Under the pieces are notes generated by a model. It worked only from the letters and a program-made list of their open reading frames with translations. It was not told the origin of the DNA and did not search any database. The position numbers and the translations under genes are program-made. Shown here piece by piece: positions 13,401 to 24,544 of a DNA stretch of 64,000 bases (its first letter is position 1; the number at the start of each line of letters is the position of its first letter). Origin of the DNA: Macrostomum hystrix (taxonomy: Eukaryota > Animalia > Platyhelminthes); assembly GCA_950097015.1 (NCBI GenBank), contig CATNEN010000024.1, positions 6,448,001 through 6,512,000 on the forward strand, given 5' to 3'.

Positions 13401-16400
13401 CCAGAGGCGACAGGGGAGTCCAATAGACAACCAGATTCTGGGGCCTGTTGCCCTCGGCCCACAGGTTGGTGGGATTCTTTGACGGGATTGCGGGCTGCAG
13501 CTTGCACGAAGGAGATGTCACCGACCTGCAATGCAAGAGCGATTGGGATCTGGTCTTGGATCCGCAATTCAAACAGATTTCTGGAAGTGAATTAAGGAGT
13601 TTTGGGATCTGGGACTTAAAAGAGCTTTGGGATGAGGAATTTAAGAGGATTTTGAAGTCTTGAATTTAAGACTGTTTTGGATCTTGTATTTAAAAGAGTT
13701 TTGGGATCTGGAATTCAAGAGAGCTTTGGGATCAGGAATTCAAGACTTTTGGGATCTGGAGTTTAAGAGAGTTTTGGGATCAGGAACTCAAGACTTTTGG
13801 GATCTGGAGTTTAAGAGAGTTTTGGGATCAGGAATTCAAGAATTTTGGGATCTGGAGTTTAAGAGAGTTTTGGGATAAGGAATTCAAGAGTTTTGGGATC
13901 AGGAATTCAAAATAGTTTTAGGATCAGGAATTCAAGAGGGTTTCGGGTGCCAGATATTTACAAAAGGCTTTGAGAGGTCGGTTAGCAAAATCGGCTGAAG
14001 CCATGAAGCCTCACCTTGACGGCTCGCTCTCTCCCACCACATTGAGGCCTTTGACACGGAAGCTGTACTGGATGTTCGGCCTCATCTTAATCTGCACCTG
14101 GGTGTCTGTAGGTTCCACAGAGGAACCGGCCCTGGCGTAGGGCTCGGCAACGTACCAGGTGTCGCTAGCATACTGGGTGGAGAATTCCACAACGTAGCGC
14201 AGGATTGGAGCATAGTTGTCTGTGCCGGGATTCCATCTCACTTCGGCCAGGCCCTCGAATTTGAATTTTTCGCAGTCCACAGCCATATTAGTTGGCATCT
14301 CAGGCCGGCCCATAATCATTAGCATGGCGTGCCTATAATCATAGTCCAAGCCGTTAGTGGCATTGCAGGTGTAGATGCCTGTGTCCAGTGGCCTGGCTCC
14401 GCTCACAATTAGCGAATAATCGGGAATATTGATTGTTAGCCGGGGATTCTGCGAGAAGTCAATCACCGTGCCGTCTTTTGACCATTGAATGATCAGATTT
14501 TTCTCCTCCCTCAGGTCGGTGTTGGCGGTGCAGATTAGCTTGACCTCTTGGCCCTCGTAGACTCTCGTATCCTGGGGCGCTATGGCAATCTCGGTGGGCT
14601 GGCGAACAAATAGAGTGCCGCTGGCCGAGCGGGAGGCTGCGTTGCGCCAGTGGCGGGGTCAGTTCGGTGCAAACTTAGTGCGTGAGTACTCCAATGTTTA
14701 CAATCCGCGAAACAGAGAAAATAGATTGGTAAGGGGAGTGGAATCTGCCACTAGGCCTACTAGGGGATATGATATAGAATCCAATCACTTGTGATCTTGA
14801 ATAGTAAAAATGTGCCAACTGGGGATCTTGAAAAGGGGAGTAAAATCTGCCAACTCAGGATCTTGAGAATGGGAGCACAATCTGCCAACTGGGGATCTTG
14901 AAAGGGGGAGCACAATCTGCCAACTGGGGATCTTGAAAGGGGGAGCACAATCTGCCAACTGGGATCTTGAAAGGGGGAGTAAAATCTGTTAACTGGGGAT
15001 CTAGGAAAGGGGTAGAATCGGACAACTGGGGATCTGGGAAAGTGGAGTAGCATCTGCCAAATGGGACATCTGGGAAAGGGGAGTAAAATTCCACTTAGGG
15101 ATAAATCTTTCATCTAAATGGGTAGAATCTGTCAAGTGTCTGATTGAAACGCAGCAAATCAAAAAGGCGGCCTCACCAATGGAATTCGTAGCCGTGCACT
15201 CGTAGACGCCAGAATCCGTGATTGACAGCTCCGCAATGAGTAGGTCGCCATTTTCCTGTACCTCGTATCTGCCGCCGGTGATTGGTTCGCCATTCTTCTT
15301 CCAGGTGACAATGGCTCGCGGCGCGCTGAAAGTCTGGCAGGGCATAATAAAGCGACTCTTGGCCGCAGCCTTGGTATCCTGAGGCGCCAGTACAAATGTA
15401 GGCGCCTCGCTCAGCACATTCAGGAAAGCATTGGTGTAGATGTAGCCGAATTTATTAGTGCAGTTGCACTGAACCACCAGAGGATCTTTCAGTGTCAAAT
15501 TGGTGAAATGAAATTCTTTGCCAACGGGGGCACTGCGGTTGTCGTACTTGCTAGCAGACACGCCGTTGATAAACCATTTGGGATCACCGTCCGCGTTGCC
15601 AGCCTCGCAGCGGAATGTGTGACTGCCGCCAACTGGCACAGACACGTCTGTGGGCTTACTGATCCAATAGGGCTCGCTGAACACATTCACTACGAATGTG
15701 GCCGAGGATGGACTGCCGCCTATCTGGGCGTTCGTGCCCGTGCACTGATAGTTGCCTGCATGTTTAGGGCAGAGGTGGGCCGGAGGGCTGCATTCAGACA
15801 CTCAATGACTGACAGGTAGGCAATGGGATGGATGACAGGGAGACACTGGCATGGGTGACAGCTAGACACTGGGATGGGATGGTAGACACTGGTGACAGTT
15901 AGACACTGGTGACAGTTAGATACTGGTGACAGTTAGACACTGGGATTGGATGGTGGACACTGGGATAGGATGGTAGACACTGGGATGGGTGACAGGTAGA
16001 CACTGGGATGAATGAGAGGCAGACACGGGGACGGGTGACAGGTAGACACTGGGATGAATGAGAGGCAGACACGGGGACGGGTGAGAGGTAGACACTGGGA
16101 TGAATGAGAGGCAGACACGGGGACGGGTGAGAGGTAGACACTGGGATGAATGAAGGGTTAGGGTTGACACTGGGATGGGTGACATGTAGGTCAGCCACGT
16201 ACCGGTGTGTGTATCCTTATCAATGTCGATGAGCTGCAGGCGGGCGCCTGAGTCCAGCAGCTGCATTTTGGACCACTCCTCGCCAGAAGTAATCTTGACG
16301 GAGTCCTTCTTCCACTCCAACATGGGAGTCGGATTGCCGGAGAAGAAGCAGAACAGGTCAAGAGTTTTATTAACAAGCGCCGTCTGCACGCTAGGCTTCT

Positions 16401-17866
16401 GTGACATGATCTGGGCGGAGGGATACAGAACAGTGTCTAGCACAGTCAGCCTGAATAAGCGGCCATCAGTTGTGCGTCGGACAACATCGTTGCGCACTCC
16501 GCACCTGTAGGTGCCAGCGTCCGAAGGTTGAACATTGGCAAACAACAGAGCGCCGTTGACAGGGTCGATGTTGATGCGATTTGACATTGTCAAAGTTTGA
16601 TAATGTGGACTAATGCGATACCAGACGATAGTGGCCTCCGGGTAAGATGTTGGCGCGTTGCACGGGAAAGTAGCTTTATCGCCTCTTTTTTTTTCAACAA
16701 TCACATCGGCTTCGCCCACGAAGTTGTACAGCTCAGCGCGACGAAGCACCTGGAATGCGGTTTGTTAATCTGTTAGACAAACAAAGATCTGAAGATCTGT
16801 GAATTAAACAAAGACTTGAAGATCTGCAAATGAGGTAAACAAAGACCTGAAGATCTGTGAATGAAACAAAGACTTGAAGATCTGTGAGTGAGGCAAACAA
16901 AGATCTGAAGATCTGTAAGTAAGAAAAGCAGAGACCTGAAGTTCTGTAAGTAAGATTAAAGCAGCCAATAGATTTGTTGTTAAATGCTTAACGCACCGTT
17001 TTAACAGAAGCAGCCACTCCAAGGTCATTCTTGGCCAAGCACTGATAGATGCCATCATCGTCCATACCGGGCGAAATAAACACCAGAGTGCCAGCGCCTG
17101 GGTACTTCTTATATCGGCCGGAATTTTTCGTCCAATCAAAGTCCTCTTCGTTTCGCTTCCAAATGAAAGTTGGCGGCGGACTGCCGGTGGCTTCGCATTC
17201 CAGCTTGATCGACTCGCCAACATTGAAGGCCAATTCCTTCGGCGGCATCTTGGTTAGCACGGGAGGAAATTGAACTGCGGACAGAAGAGATTGTGGGTGG
17301 TGCTTATGAATGCTTATGTCAGAGTTCTCACGAAAAATTGGTTAGATTGGTAATGAAGCGTGGGATAGATCAGTCATGAAGTGTGGGATAGATCAGTCAT
17401 GAAGTGTGGGATAGATCAGTCATGAAGTGTGGGCTAGATCAGTCATGAAGTGTGGGATAGATCAGTCATGAAGTGTGGGATAGATCAGTCATGAAGTGTG
17501 GGATAGATCAATCATGAAGTGTGGGATAGATCAGTCATGAAGTGTGGGATAGATCAGTCATGAAGTGTGGGCTAGATCAGTCATGAAGTGTGGGATAGAT
17601 CAGTCATGAAGTGTGGGCTAGATCAGTCATGAAGTGTGGGATAGATCAGTCATGAAGTGTGGGATAGATCAGTCATGAAGTATGGGATAGATCAGTCATG
17701 AAGTATGGGATAGATCAGTCATGAAGTATGGGATAGATCAGTCATGAAGTATTGATAGATCAGTCATGAAGTATTGATAGATCAGTCAGTGTCCCATATA
17801 GTACTCACCAGTGTTGGCATACTGCAGCAGAGCAGCCAAGCAAAGGGTTGCTAAATATAGCCGCAT
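7491..17866 (-). CDS. Nrg: L1-family cell adhesion molecule (neuroglian-like): signal peptide, 6 Ig, 5 FN3, TM, cytoplasmic tail; 12 exons: 17866-17809, 17274-16997, 16749-16203, 15755-15177, 14636-14015, 13525-12709, 11231-10989, 10805-10634, 9810-9529, 9215-9060, 8977-8714, 7741-7491 (1422 aa)
   Basis: Signal peptide MRLYLATLCLAALLQYANT. Six Ig C..W..YxC sets and five FN3 repeats. Furin-type site RTKR in the third FN3. TM segment WFICMVLILIALIAFIIFLCFV followed by RKRR. All 11 junctions are GT-AG, and exon lengths sum to 4269 nt with no internal stop. The acceptor at 8978-8980 is the rarer AAG. Confidence 0.92.
7905..8575. repeat. 16-bp minisatellite, Nrg intron 11
   Basis: Unit aatctcacccaacctg. 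Confidence 0.95.
9240..9515. repeat. 20-bp minisatellite, Nrg intron 9
   Basis: Unit tagattgtgggacagtttgg. Confidence 0.95.
9920..10430. repeat. 59/56-bp minisatellite, Nrg intron 8
   Basis: Unit aataatacgtgaccttgaaacacgctttaatgccttgactgtctgacaataccagcaat. Confidence 0.95.
10888..10980. mobile_element. About 90-bp interspersed repeat (family B), copy in Nrg intron 7
   Basis: Colinear similarity to 31270-31360: gctgttcagtcc(g/a)tggactggg ... ag(c/t)taatgctg..acc.attt.aaa.ctgg. Confidence 0.6.
11640..12645. repeat. 19-bp minisatellite, Nrg intron 6
   Basis: Unit aatagaaatcccactaatc. Confidence 0.95.
13590..13940. repeat. About 25-27-bp tandem repeat, Nrg intron 5
   Basis: Recurrent ttttgggatc(t/a)gga(a/g)tt..aaga. 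Confidence 0.9.
14805..15090. repeat. 35-bp tandem repeat, Nrg intron 4
   Basis: Unit ggggatcttgaaagggggagcacaatctgccaact. Confidence 0.9.
15835..16180. repeat. Composite tandem repeat, Nrg intron 3
   Basis: Recurrent agacactgg(ga/tga) and gtagacactgggatgaatgagaggcagacacggggacgggt. Confidence 0.85.
16775..16945. repeat. About 30-bp tandem repeat, Nrg intron 2
   Basis: Recurrent aaacaaagatctgaagatctgt. Confidence 0.85.
17360..17785. repeat. 23-bp minisatellite, Nrg intron 1
   Basis: Unit gggatagatcagtcatgaagtgt. Confidence 0.95.
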
Positions 17867-18589
17867 GCCTGAATTGGCTTAAGCTGAAAGTGGTTTCAAA
17901 GGGTGTTAATTTGTGAATTTGTTATTAAAACAAGGTCAGTTACATGTATAAGTATTAAACTTATTAAATTTGCGTGAAATAAATGCAACTACAAAAAAGA
18001 ACTTCATTAAGACAAGACTTAAGCAATACATTTTTAGTTAAATTTTGTATTTAAGATTCAAGTATTGACATGACAGAGAATGTGAAAAACATTTATAAAA
18101 CAATAGAAATGCATGCCAAGTTAATATTGAGCAGGTCTTGTTTATTAAATAACGACTATTCAGCTGCATGCAATTGAGTGCCAATGTACCTACTTAAAAA
18201 TATATAAATAAATTGTCAGAATATAAAATTTGTAATTGAGAACAAAAGATTGTAAATATATACATAAACTTGTCCCAAAAAGTGTATTTACTAGAAATGC
18301 AGGACAAAATTATGAAATCCTGTGCATTGGAACCAGTAGAAATTGCATAGTAAGTAAAACGAAAATATTATAGAAACTGTTTTAAAACGTTTGTCTTGGT
18401 ATTTCATATCTTATTGGTCAACTCTATGATGCTTTCTATCCAGCCAAGCGGTCACCCATGAATACAGCTGTTATTTTTTCTGCAAAGAAGATTAGATAAA
18501 TTAATATGTTACATGCCATATACAATGAGTTTTTTGTGAGAAGCAGCTATGCTTAACACACGGCTAGTATAGCTTTTTGCGTTCAATTT

Positions 18590-19120
18590 TGGACAGCGGG
18601 CTTTCAGTTTCGGCAAGGGACTATGTGTCAGTCTCCCATCCCCTCCCATTCGTGTCTATGGCCAGAAAATGCATAGACGGGCTTTCAAAGTCGACAGCGG
18701 GCTTTCAATTTCGGCAAGGGTCTATGTGTCAGTCTCCCATCCCCTCCCATTCGTGTCTATGGCCAGAAAATGCACAGACGGGCTTTCAAAGTCGACAGCG
18801 GGCTTTCAATTTCGGCAAGGGTCTATGTGTCAGTCTCCCATCCCCTCCCATTCGTGTCTATGGCCAGAAAATGCATAGACGGGCTTTCAAAGTCGACAGC
18901 GGGCTTTCAATTTCGGCAAGGGTCTATGTGTCAGTCTCCCATCCCCTCCCATTCGTGTCTATGGCCAGAAAATGCATAGACGGGCTTTCAAATTCGACAG
19001 CTGGCAATCAATTTCGGCAAGGGACTATGTGTCAGTCTCCCATCCCCTCCCATTCGTGTCTATGGCCAGAAAATGCATAGACGGGCTTTCAAATTCGACA
19101 GCTGGCAATCAATTTCGGCA
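18590..19120. repeat. 101-bp tandem array (about 5.3 copies) derived from the left TIR of the transposon
   Basis: Copies begin at about 18591, 18692, 18793, 18894 and 18995. Each unit is the inner TIR followed by tagacgggctttcaaa(g/t)tc. Confidence 0.9.
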
Positions 19121-19268
19121 TTAATCCACTTTAGCAAACATTTAAACTGTATATTTCGGAGTTAAAAAACGCGAACATTTTGTTGAATGAATTCAATGCA
19201 AACTGGGACACTACGACAGAGTCGCGAACGTGTGAAACAAGTCGGACCACAAAGACAAAGATCAACAT

Positions 19269-20332
19269 TTATCCCATTATGTTTTCTCTAGCCAAGCACG
19301 GAGGGATGAATCGCAGTGTGTGCTGAAACCAAGCACTGCACTTCTGCTGGGTGATGGCATCCATTGCCTCAACACCACAGCGCTGCAACACCATTATCCT
19401 CCAGTCCCTAGCGCTCATGTCCTCCGGAATAAGAGCAAATTCCTGCTGAACAACTGGCTGACTCAGTTGGCGCTTCACTGCAACCTTGAACGCACTGTGT
19501 GCCAGCTCCACTGGGTTCAGGAATGGTGAGTATGGCGGCAAGGTGCGGAAGCTGATGATGAAGCCCCTGGTGAAACCGAGCCCCATCCAGCAGAATCACA
19601 CACTGATGGCCATTCTGGCAGATGAGCGGCAACGCTCTGGCAGATTCGAGGGACCAAAATCTGCACACGCTCACGGTTCACAGAACCGATCTCAAGGCTG
19701 TACTCCACCAAGCCGATAGTAGGAGAAGTTGCCAGAATGAGGTTGAGTCCAGGGCTCTTCTGAGTGTGCACAAATCTGAGAACTGGCTTTCCTCGCACAC
19801 TTCGACCGAAGCTGCGCCGAGTCCAGACTCCGTAGCCGGACTCATCAAGATGCACCAGCTCAACAAAAGGCGGCAAGTTGACCAACCAGTTGGCGAAATC
19901 TTGTCTCCTGGCTTTGTTCTCCTCGGAGTTCCTCGCAGCCGGCACGTCACCTTCCCTCGAGGGGCACTTCGTTGTGTAAAGGTGACTGTCCAGTGCCCTC
20001 GAAATGGTCGAGATGTCAACACTATCGAGCGTACCCTGAAACTCGGCCAGCAAGCGAGTACGCAACTGCTGCAGTGTAGCAAAAGGGTCCTCGTCCACAA
20101 CGGCCATCAGGAAATTCTTCATGGGGTTGGTGAGCTTTTGGCGCATGTTACCACCCTTAGGCAATGAATACCTTCTCCCCTCCGTGTCAAAAGCGTGACA
20201 GATGCTGCACACGGTTGAGCGCTTCACCCCAAGCATCCTTGCAATGTCCGTCATGAGCTCTCCTCGCTGCCAAGCCTGGATGACAAGATCTATTTTGTCT
20301 CTGGATATCGTTGCATACTGCCGATGCTCCAT
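19269..20332 (-). pseudogene. DDE transposase of the Tc1/IS630 element, broken by two frameshifts
   Basis: Frame 1 (20332 to about 19625) has HTH-like IARMLGVKRSTVCSI and VHLDESG. Frame 2 has VILLDGARFH. Frame 3 has LPPYSPFLNPVE. The segment between the second D and the E is shorter than a DD34E-type spacing, suggesting a small deletion. Confidence 0.85.
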
Positions 20333-20673
20333 GTTAAACTGTTAGATTTTAACAGAGAAGACTCAGTGTTGCTAAACTCTCTCCCTCTGTGATCTCTGTC
20401 AAATTAACGAGCAGTCAAGCTGCTTCTACCATAGACAGCTGCCATGAGCTGAGGATTGCCTGTAAGAAAGAAGTTCCAGTCAATCCGGTTGCATGCCTCC
20501 TGTGCATTTTCTGGCCATAGACACCAATGGGAGGGGATGGGAGACTGACACATAGACCCTTGCCGAAATTGAAAGCCCGCTGTCCAAAATTGAACGCAAA
20601 AAGCTATAATATTCTGACTTGCATTTTTATGTTACTTTTTATTTCAACAAAAATAATTTGTTAGCCTTATTAC

Positions 20674-21612
20674 CTGACTCGGCTGAAGCTCCTTTAAAAT
20701 ACGCAGTTTTGGAGTGCTATTGAAATTGACAGCTAGATTGGCTGAAACATGTTTGGTCATAGCAGATATACCAGCTACTTCTAGTCCAGCCTCTTGGTTT
20801 AGCACTGAGAGACTGTGCTTCAGATTGAAGTGGTCAAGAAGTTCCACTACCATTGAGAATGCATCACGGCCTGAATGAAAGGATTTAATTTCTTAAGAAA
20901 AACTTATTGAGCTAAAAAAGCTTTAAAAAGAATTAATTACCTTGCTCTGATTCTAGAAAAGTTTTTAGTTGATTGTTCTTTGAATTTAGGTGTCCATCCA
21001 GCTTTTCTTCATCTTCTAAAGCTAAAAATATACTAGCTCTCAGCTGTGCCTAAATATGAATATTAAGGAAAAAAAATTGATTTCTTTGAATGTATAACAT
21101 GGGATAAAAAACGATTATAGTGAATTTTTGGTTTGCATATAAATATTTTTTCTAGCCATTCGACTTTCAAAATTATTAAAGCAAATGATAGACTCATGCA
21201 AATGAAAGCAAATGCCATACTCATACTTGTTTTTTAATTCAAAAAATGAAGAACATTTGCTACATGTAGGTGCTACATTTTTTATATAGAAATAATAGAT
21301 GTGCCTTTGAAGAACATTGCTAATACAATAGTGATGGCTATCAATGAAAATAATATTTGGGGCAGGGACCTTGCATTTTGAACATATTTTCATCGCCTAA
21401 AATAAATTAAGATAAAGATTGCTGAAAATTTTTAGTATAGGATGGCTTAGATAGCAAAGAAAATTCGAAACGGTAATACTCGGTCTAGGCCTAATACGCC
21501 GAAGATAATTAGCTAATTTATAACTTACTCGAATATCTCGTAAGACACCTTTATTCTCTAGTGCTTGTGACAGAAGATCCCTCAATTCATTGTCTTCCTT
21601 GTCACCTTCCAT
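20674..21612 (-). CDS. CEP43: FOP/CEP43-like centrosomal protein, N-terminal TOF-LisH dimerisation region; exons 21612-21529, 21049-20941, 20870-20674; possible terminal mini-exon 18479-18471 (KK-stop)
   Basis: The spliced sequence DNELRDLLSQALENKGVLRDIRAQLRASIFLALEDEEK...FLESEQGRDAFSMVVELLDHFNLKHSLSVL follows the FOP N-terminus pattern (ELRDLL..LEN.GVL..I.A.LRA.VFLALE). Junction phases 0/1/0 are consistent. The 3' end is uncertain. Confidence 0.8.
21115..21396 (-). CDS. Candidate Cys/His-rich exon or nested ORF (92-93 aa) in CEP43 intron 1
   Basis: Stop-free for 93 codons in very AT-rich DNA. Preceded by the acceptor ttattttag|GCG ATG. Contains CSKC twice, HHYC and CFHLH. Confidence 0.35.
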   Translation of the reverse strand, partial: AMKICSKCKVPAPNIIFIDSHHYCISNVLQRHIYYFYIKNVAPTCSKCSSFFELKNKYEYGICFHLHESIICFNNFESRMARKNIYMQTKNSL

Positions 21613-23039
21613 TTAAACGGTTATACACGACAGAACTTGATAGAGTGAGATTAGACAGGAATGAAGAGCACTGCTTCTTCAACCGAAAACCGTTTTCAAA
21701 ACTGCAGGAACGTTTGCAAGACTGGGAATTATTATAATTTTGAACATTTGCTTCCTGGTATATCGTCCTATGCCAGATAATAAATCCTTGTACAGTAATT
21801 TTTTATTTAAAATAAACTGTACCATAGCAAAATGCATACATTTGTATAATTTCATTATCCCTTTTGCTTGCCAACAAATGTTGTTGTTATAACGATTTAA
21901 CCGATCAAATCGTAGAATCTAAAAAATTTGGGTAAACGATATGCATGAGTTAAAAGTGCCAAGAAATATAGATTGAAATCGTTTAGTTTATTTTACTTGC
22001 TTGGCTTTAAAAATGCGAAAATGAAGCGAATAATTAAGCACAAACTTCTCAATCCAAGTTACATATAGAACTTTATCAACGGCTTTAATCTAATTAATGA
22101 TGACTTGGTTGTGTTTCTGGACGACGTTTTTTTAACGAAGTGACTTTAGATGCTCAATTGAATACTGCCATTATAATCTTAAATTTTTGGCTGGCACGGC
22201 AAATTGTTTAAGTTTTAAAGGTTTTCCAGGCATTCTGTAGTGGTAGGTCACGAAGATCCTGTACAGGCAGATGGCGAACAATTTCTGTACTACCGACAAT
22301 AGTTAGAGTAAAAAATAAAAAGCATATTTTCGTCACTATTTTTGTTAACGATAAGTCAGCTAGCACGGTGATTTGCACTTGCAAACCATTTGCACTTTAG
22401 TATCGAACAAGGACCACTAGTAGATAGTTAAGTAGTCCGTGGTATCGAATTGGAAGGCAGGGAGAACCCGGCCCTAGCAGTTGTTTCCATCGCATGTGTC
22501 GTTTGACATTATACGACAGCAAATAGATTTTTTCACGGAATATGCGGTGCTGTAGCGTATGTGGCGCCGGTTGGCACCAAACTTGTCACAAACAATCAAT
22601 ATTTGGCTCTGACATTTGTCAGCCGATAATCCGGGCGTGAAATCCGAGAAATCGGATTTATTTTTTCCTGTTAGCATAGGCCGACTCAGCAGCACAGCTC
22701 TGAGCAGTCTGTTACTCACCACATTATCTCAAGGAAATACACAGTGAGCAAGTAGCGGCTTCCTGTTAGCCCTTCAGCTGCTCAACGTATCGTGAATAAT
22801 TCACCACTTCACTGTCACAGAGCTATTCGAATAAAGTTAAGCTTCTGCCGCTTGAAGCCGAAAGTCACTGACAATCATTGATGACGCTACCGAATACAGA
22901 ATGCTCCCAAAGTCGATTCTGGCCTTCTTAATCCTAGCTGATATCCTTCACCATGCCTGTCCTTAGCATGGGAGTTATCATTAAGTTTCTTTTATACAAC
23001 TAATATTGGGACTTGTTCGCATAAAGACCGGCAAATATC

Positions 23040-23815
23040 AGGAGTTAAAAACCGGAAACGGTATCTCAGGGAGTTTAAACCGGAGACGGTATCTCAGGGA
23101 GTTAAAACCGGAGACGGTATCTCAGGGAGTTAAAACCGGAAACGGTATCTCAAGGAGTTAAAAACCGGAGACGGTATCTCAGGGAGTTAAAAACCGGAGA
23201 CGGTATCTCAGGGAGTTAAAACCGGTATCTCAGGGAGTTAAAACCGGAGACGGTATCTCAGGGAGTTAAAACCGGAGACGGTATCTCAGGGAGTTAAAAC
23301 CGGAAACGGTATCTCAGGGAGTTAAAAACCGGAGACGGTATCTCAGGGAGTTAAAAACCGGAGACGGTATCTCAGGGAGTTAAAACCGGTATCTCAGGGA
23401 GTTAAAACCGGAGACGGTATCTCAGGGAGTTAAAAACCGGAAACGGTATCTCAGGGAGTTAAAACCGGAAACGGTATCTCAGGAGTTAAAATCCGGAGAC
23501 GGTATCTCAGGGAGTTAAAAACCGGAGACGGTATCTCAGGGAGTTAAAACCGGAAACGGTATCTCAGGAGTTAAAAACCGGAAACGGTATCTCAGGGAGT
23601 TAAAACCGGAAACGGTATCTCAGGAGTTAAAAACCGGAAACGGTATCTCAGGGAGTTAAAACCGGAAACGGTATCTCAGGGAGTTAAAACCAGAGACGGT
23701 ATCTCAGGGAGTTAAAACCGGAAACGTTATATCAGGAGTTAAAAACCGGAGACGGTATCTCAGGGAGTTAAAACCGGAAACGGTATCTCAGGGAGTTAAA
23801 ACCAGAAAAGTATAT
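23040..23815. repeat. 28-30-bp minisatellite
   Basis: Unit gggagttaaaaccggagacggtatctca, with A-run length variants. Confidence 0.95.
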
Positions 23816-24544
23816 CAGGTGTTCAAACTGGAAACGGTGGCTCAGGAATTAGAACCCGATTGACTGACTCACTCACTGACTGACTGCAGTTTTGACTCAA
23901 CGAGCTGGTTCCAATGAACGCAAAGCAAACTTATGTCGCGTATGTTTTTCTACGAATTCTCATTTGTTTGAGCTTCATTTAATCTCATGCAGTTAATATA
24001 CGACTAGCTCATCTTTTGTTTTACACTGTTCAAATTTACTTGCAGCTAAAATCGCAGATCTTGGGTAGCAGTAGGAAATAAAATTAGATGAGTTCTTTTC
24101 ATGGGACTTTTTGCACAGGCTGAGCTACCCTCCATCTCTAATCCCATTTAGCTATTTTGAGCCTCTATTAATCCTATACATTGCTCTGCTCCGAATTGGG
24201 GGGAAATTTATGAGTAAAAAGTTTAGTAGCAATGGGCAGTTTAATTTTTATTAATTGCGAGAGTCTGGAGTGGACACAAGCCTACATTGCACTTTAATTA
24301 ACTATTTTAGCACTTGATGTGTGCTCTAAGAAACTCAAAAAGAGGAGGTGAAAACAATTATTCCGTTTTGTTAGTGCAAGTATAACGGGAGGCTTTATGA
24401 AAAGCGTGCGAAATTGTATGTATTATGATCGCCTAATCTGATTGGCAGAAAACTGTTTTCATGAAGCTGGTGTAATTTCCGGCGTTGTATTACAAAGGCC
24501 AGCGAATGAATGCGATGCCAGAGTATAAGCAGACATATGCAAAA

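Larger units (their letters stand above)
18570..20606 (-). mobile_element. IS630/Tc1/mariner-superfamily DNA transposon with 104-bp TIRs and TA target-site duplication
   Basis: 18570-18673 is a near-perfect inverted match to 20503-20606 (tagctttttgcgttcaattttggacagcgggc...). TA flanks both ends (18568-69, 20607-08). An internal transposase is present. Confidence 0.9.

Noticed and set aside
22474-23030. Moderately GC-rich stretch with an 82-aa minus ORF and a gtgagt donor-like site
   Set aside because: No recognisable motif and no consistent spliced frame could be built.
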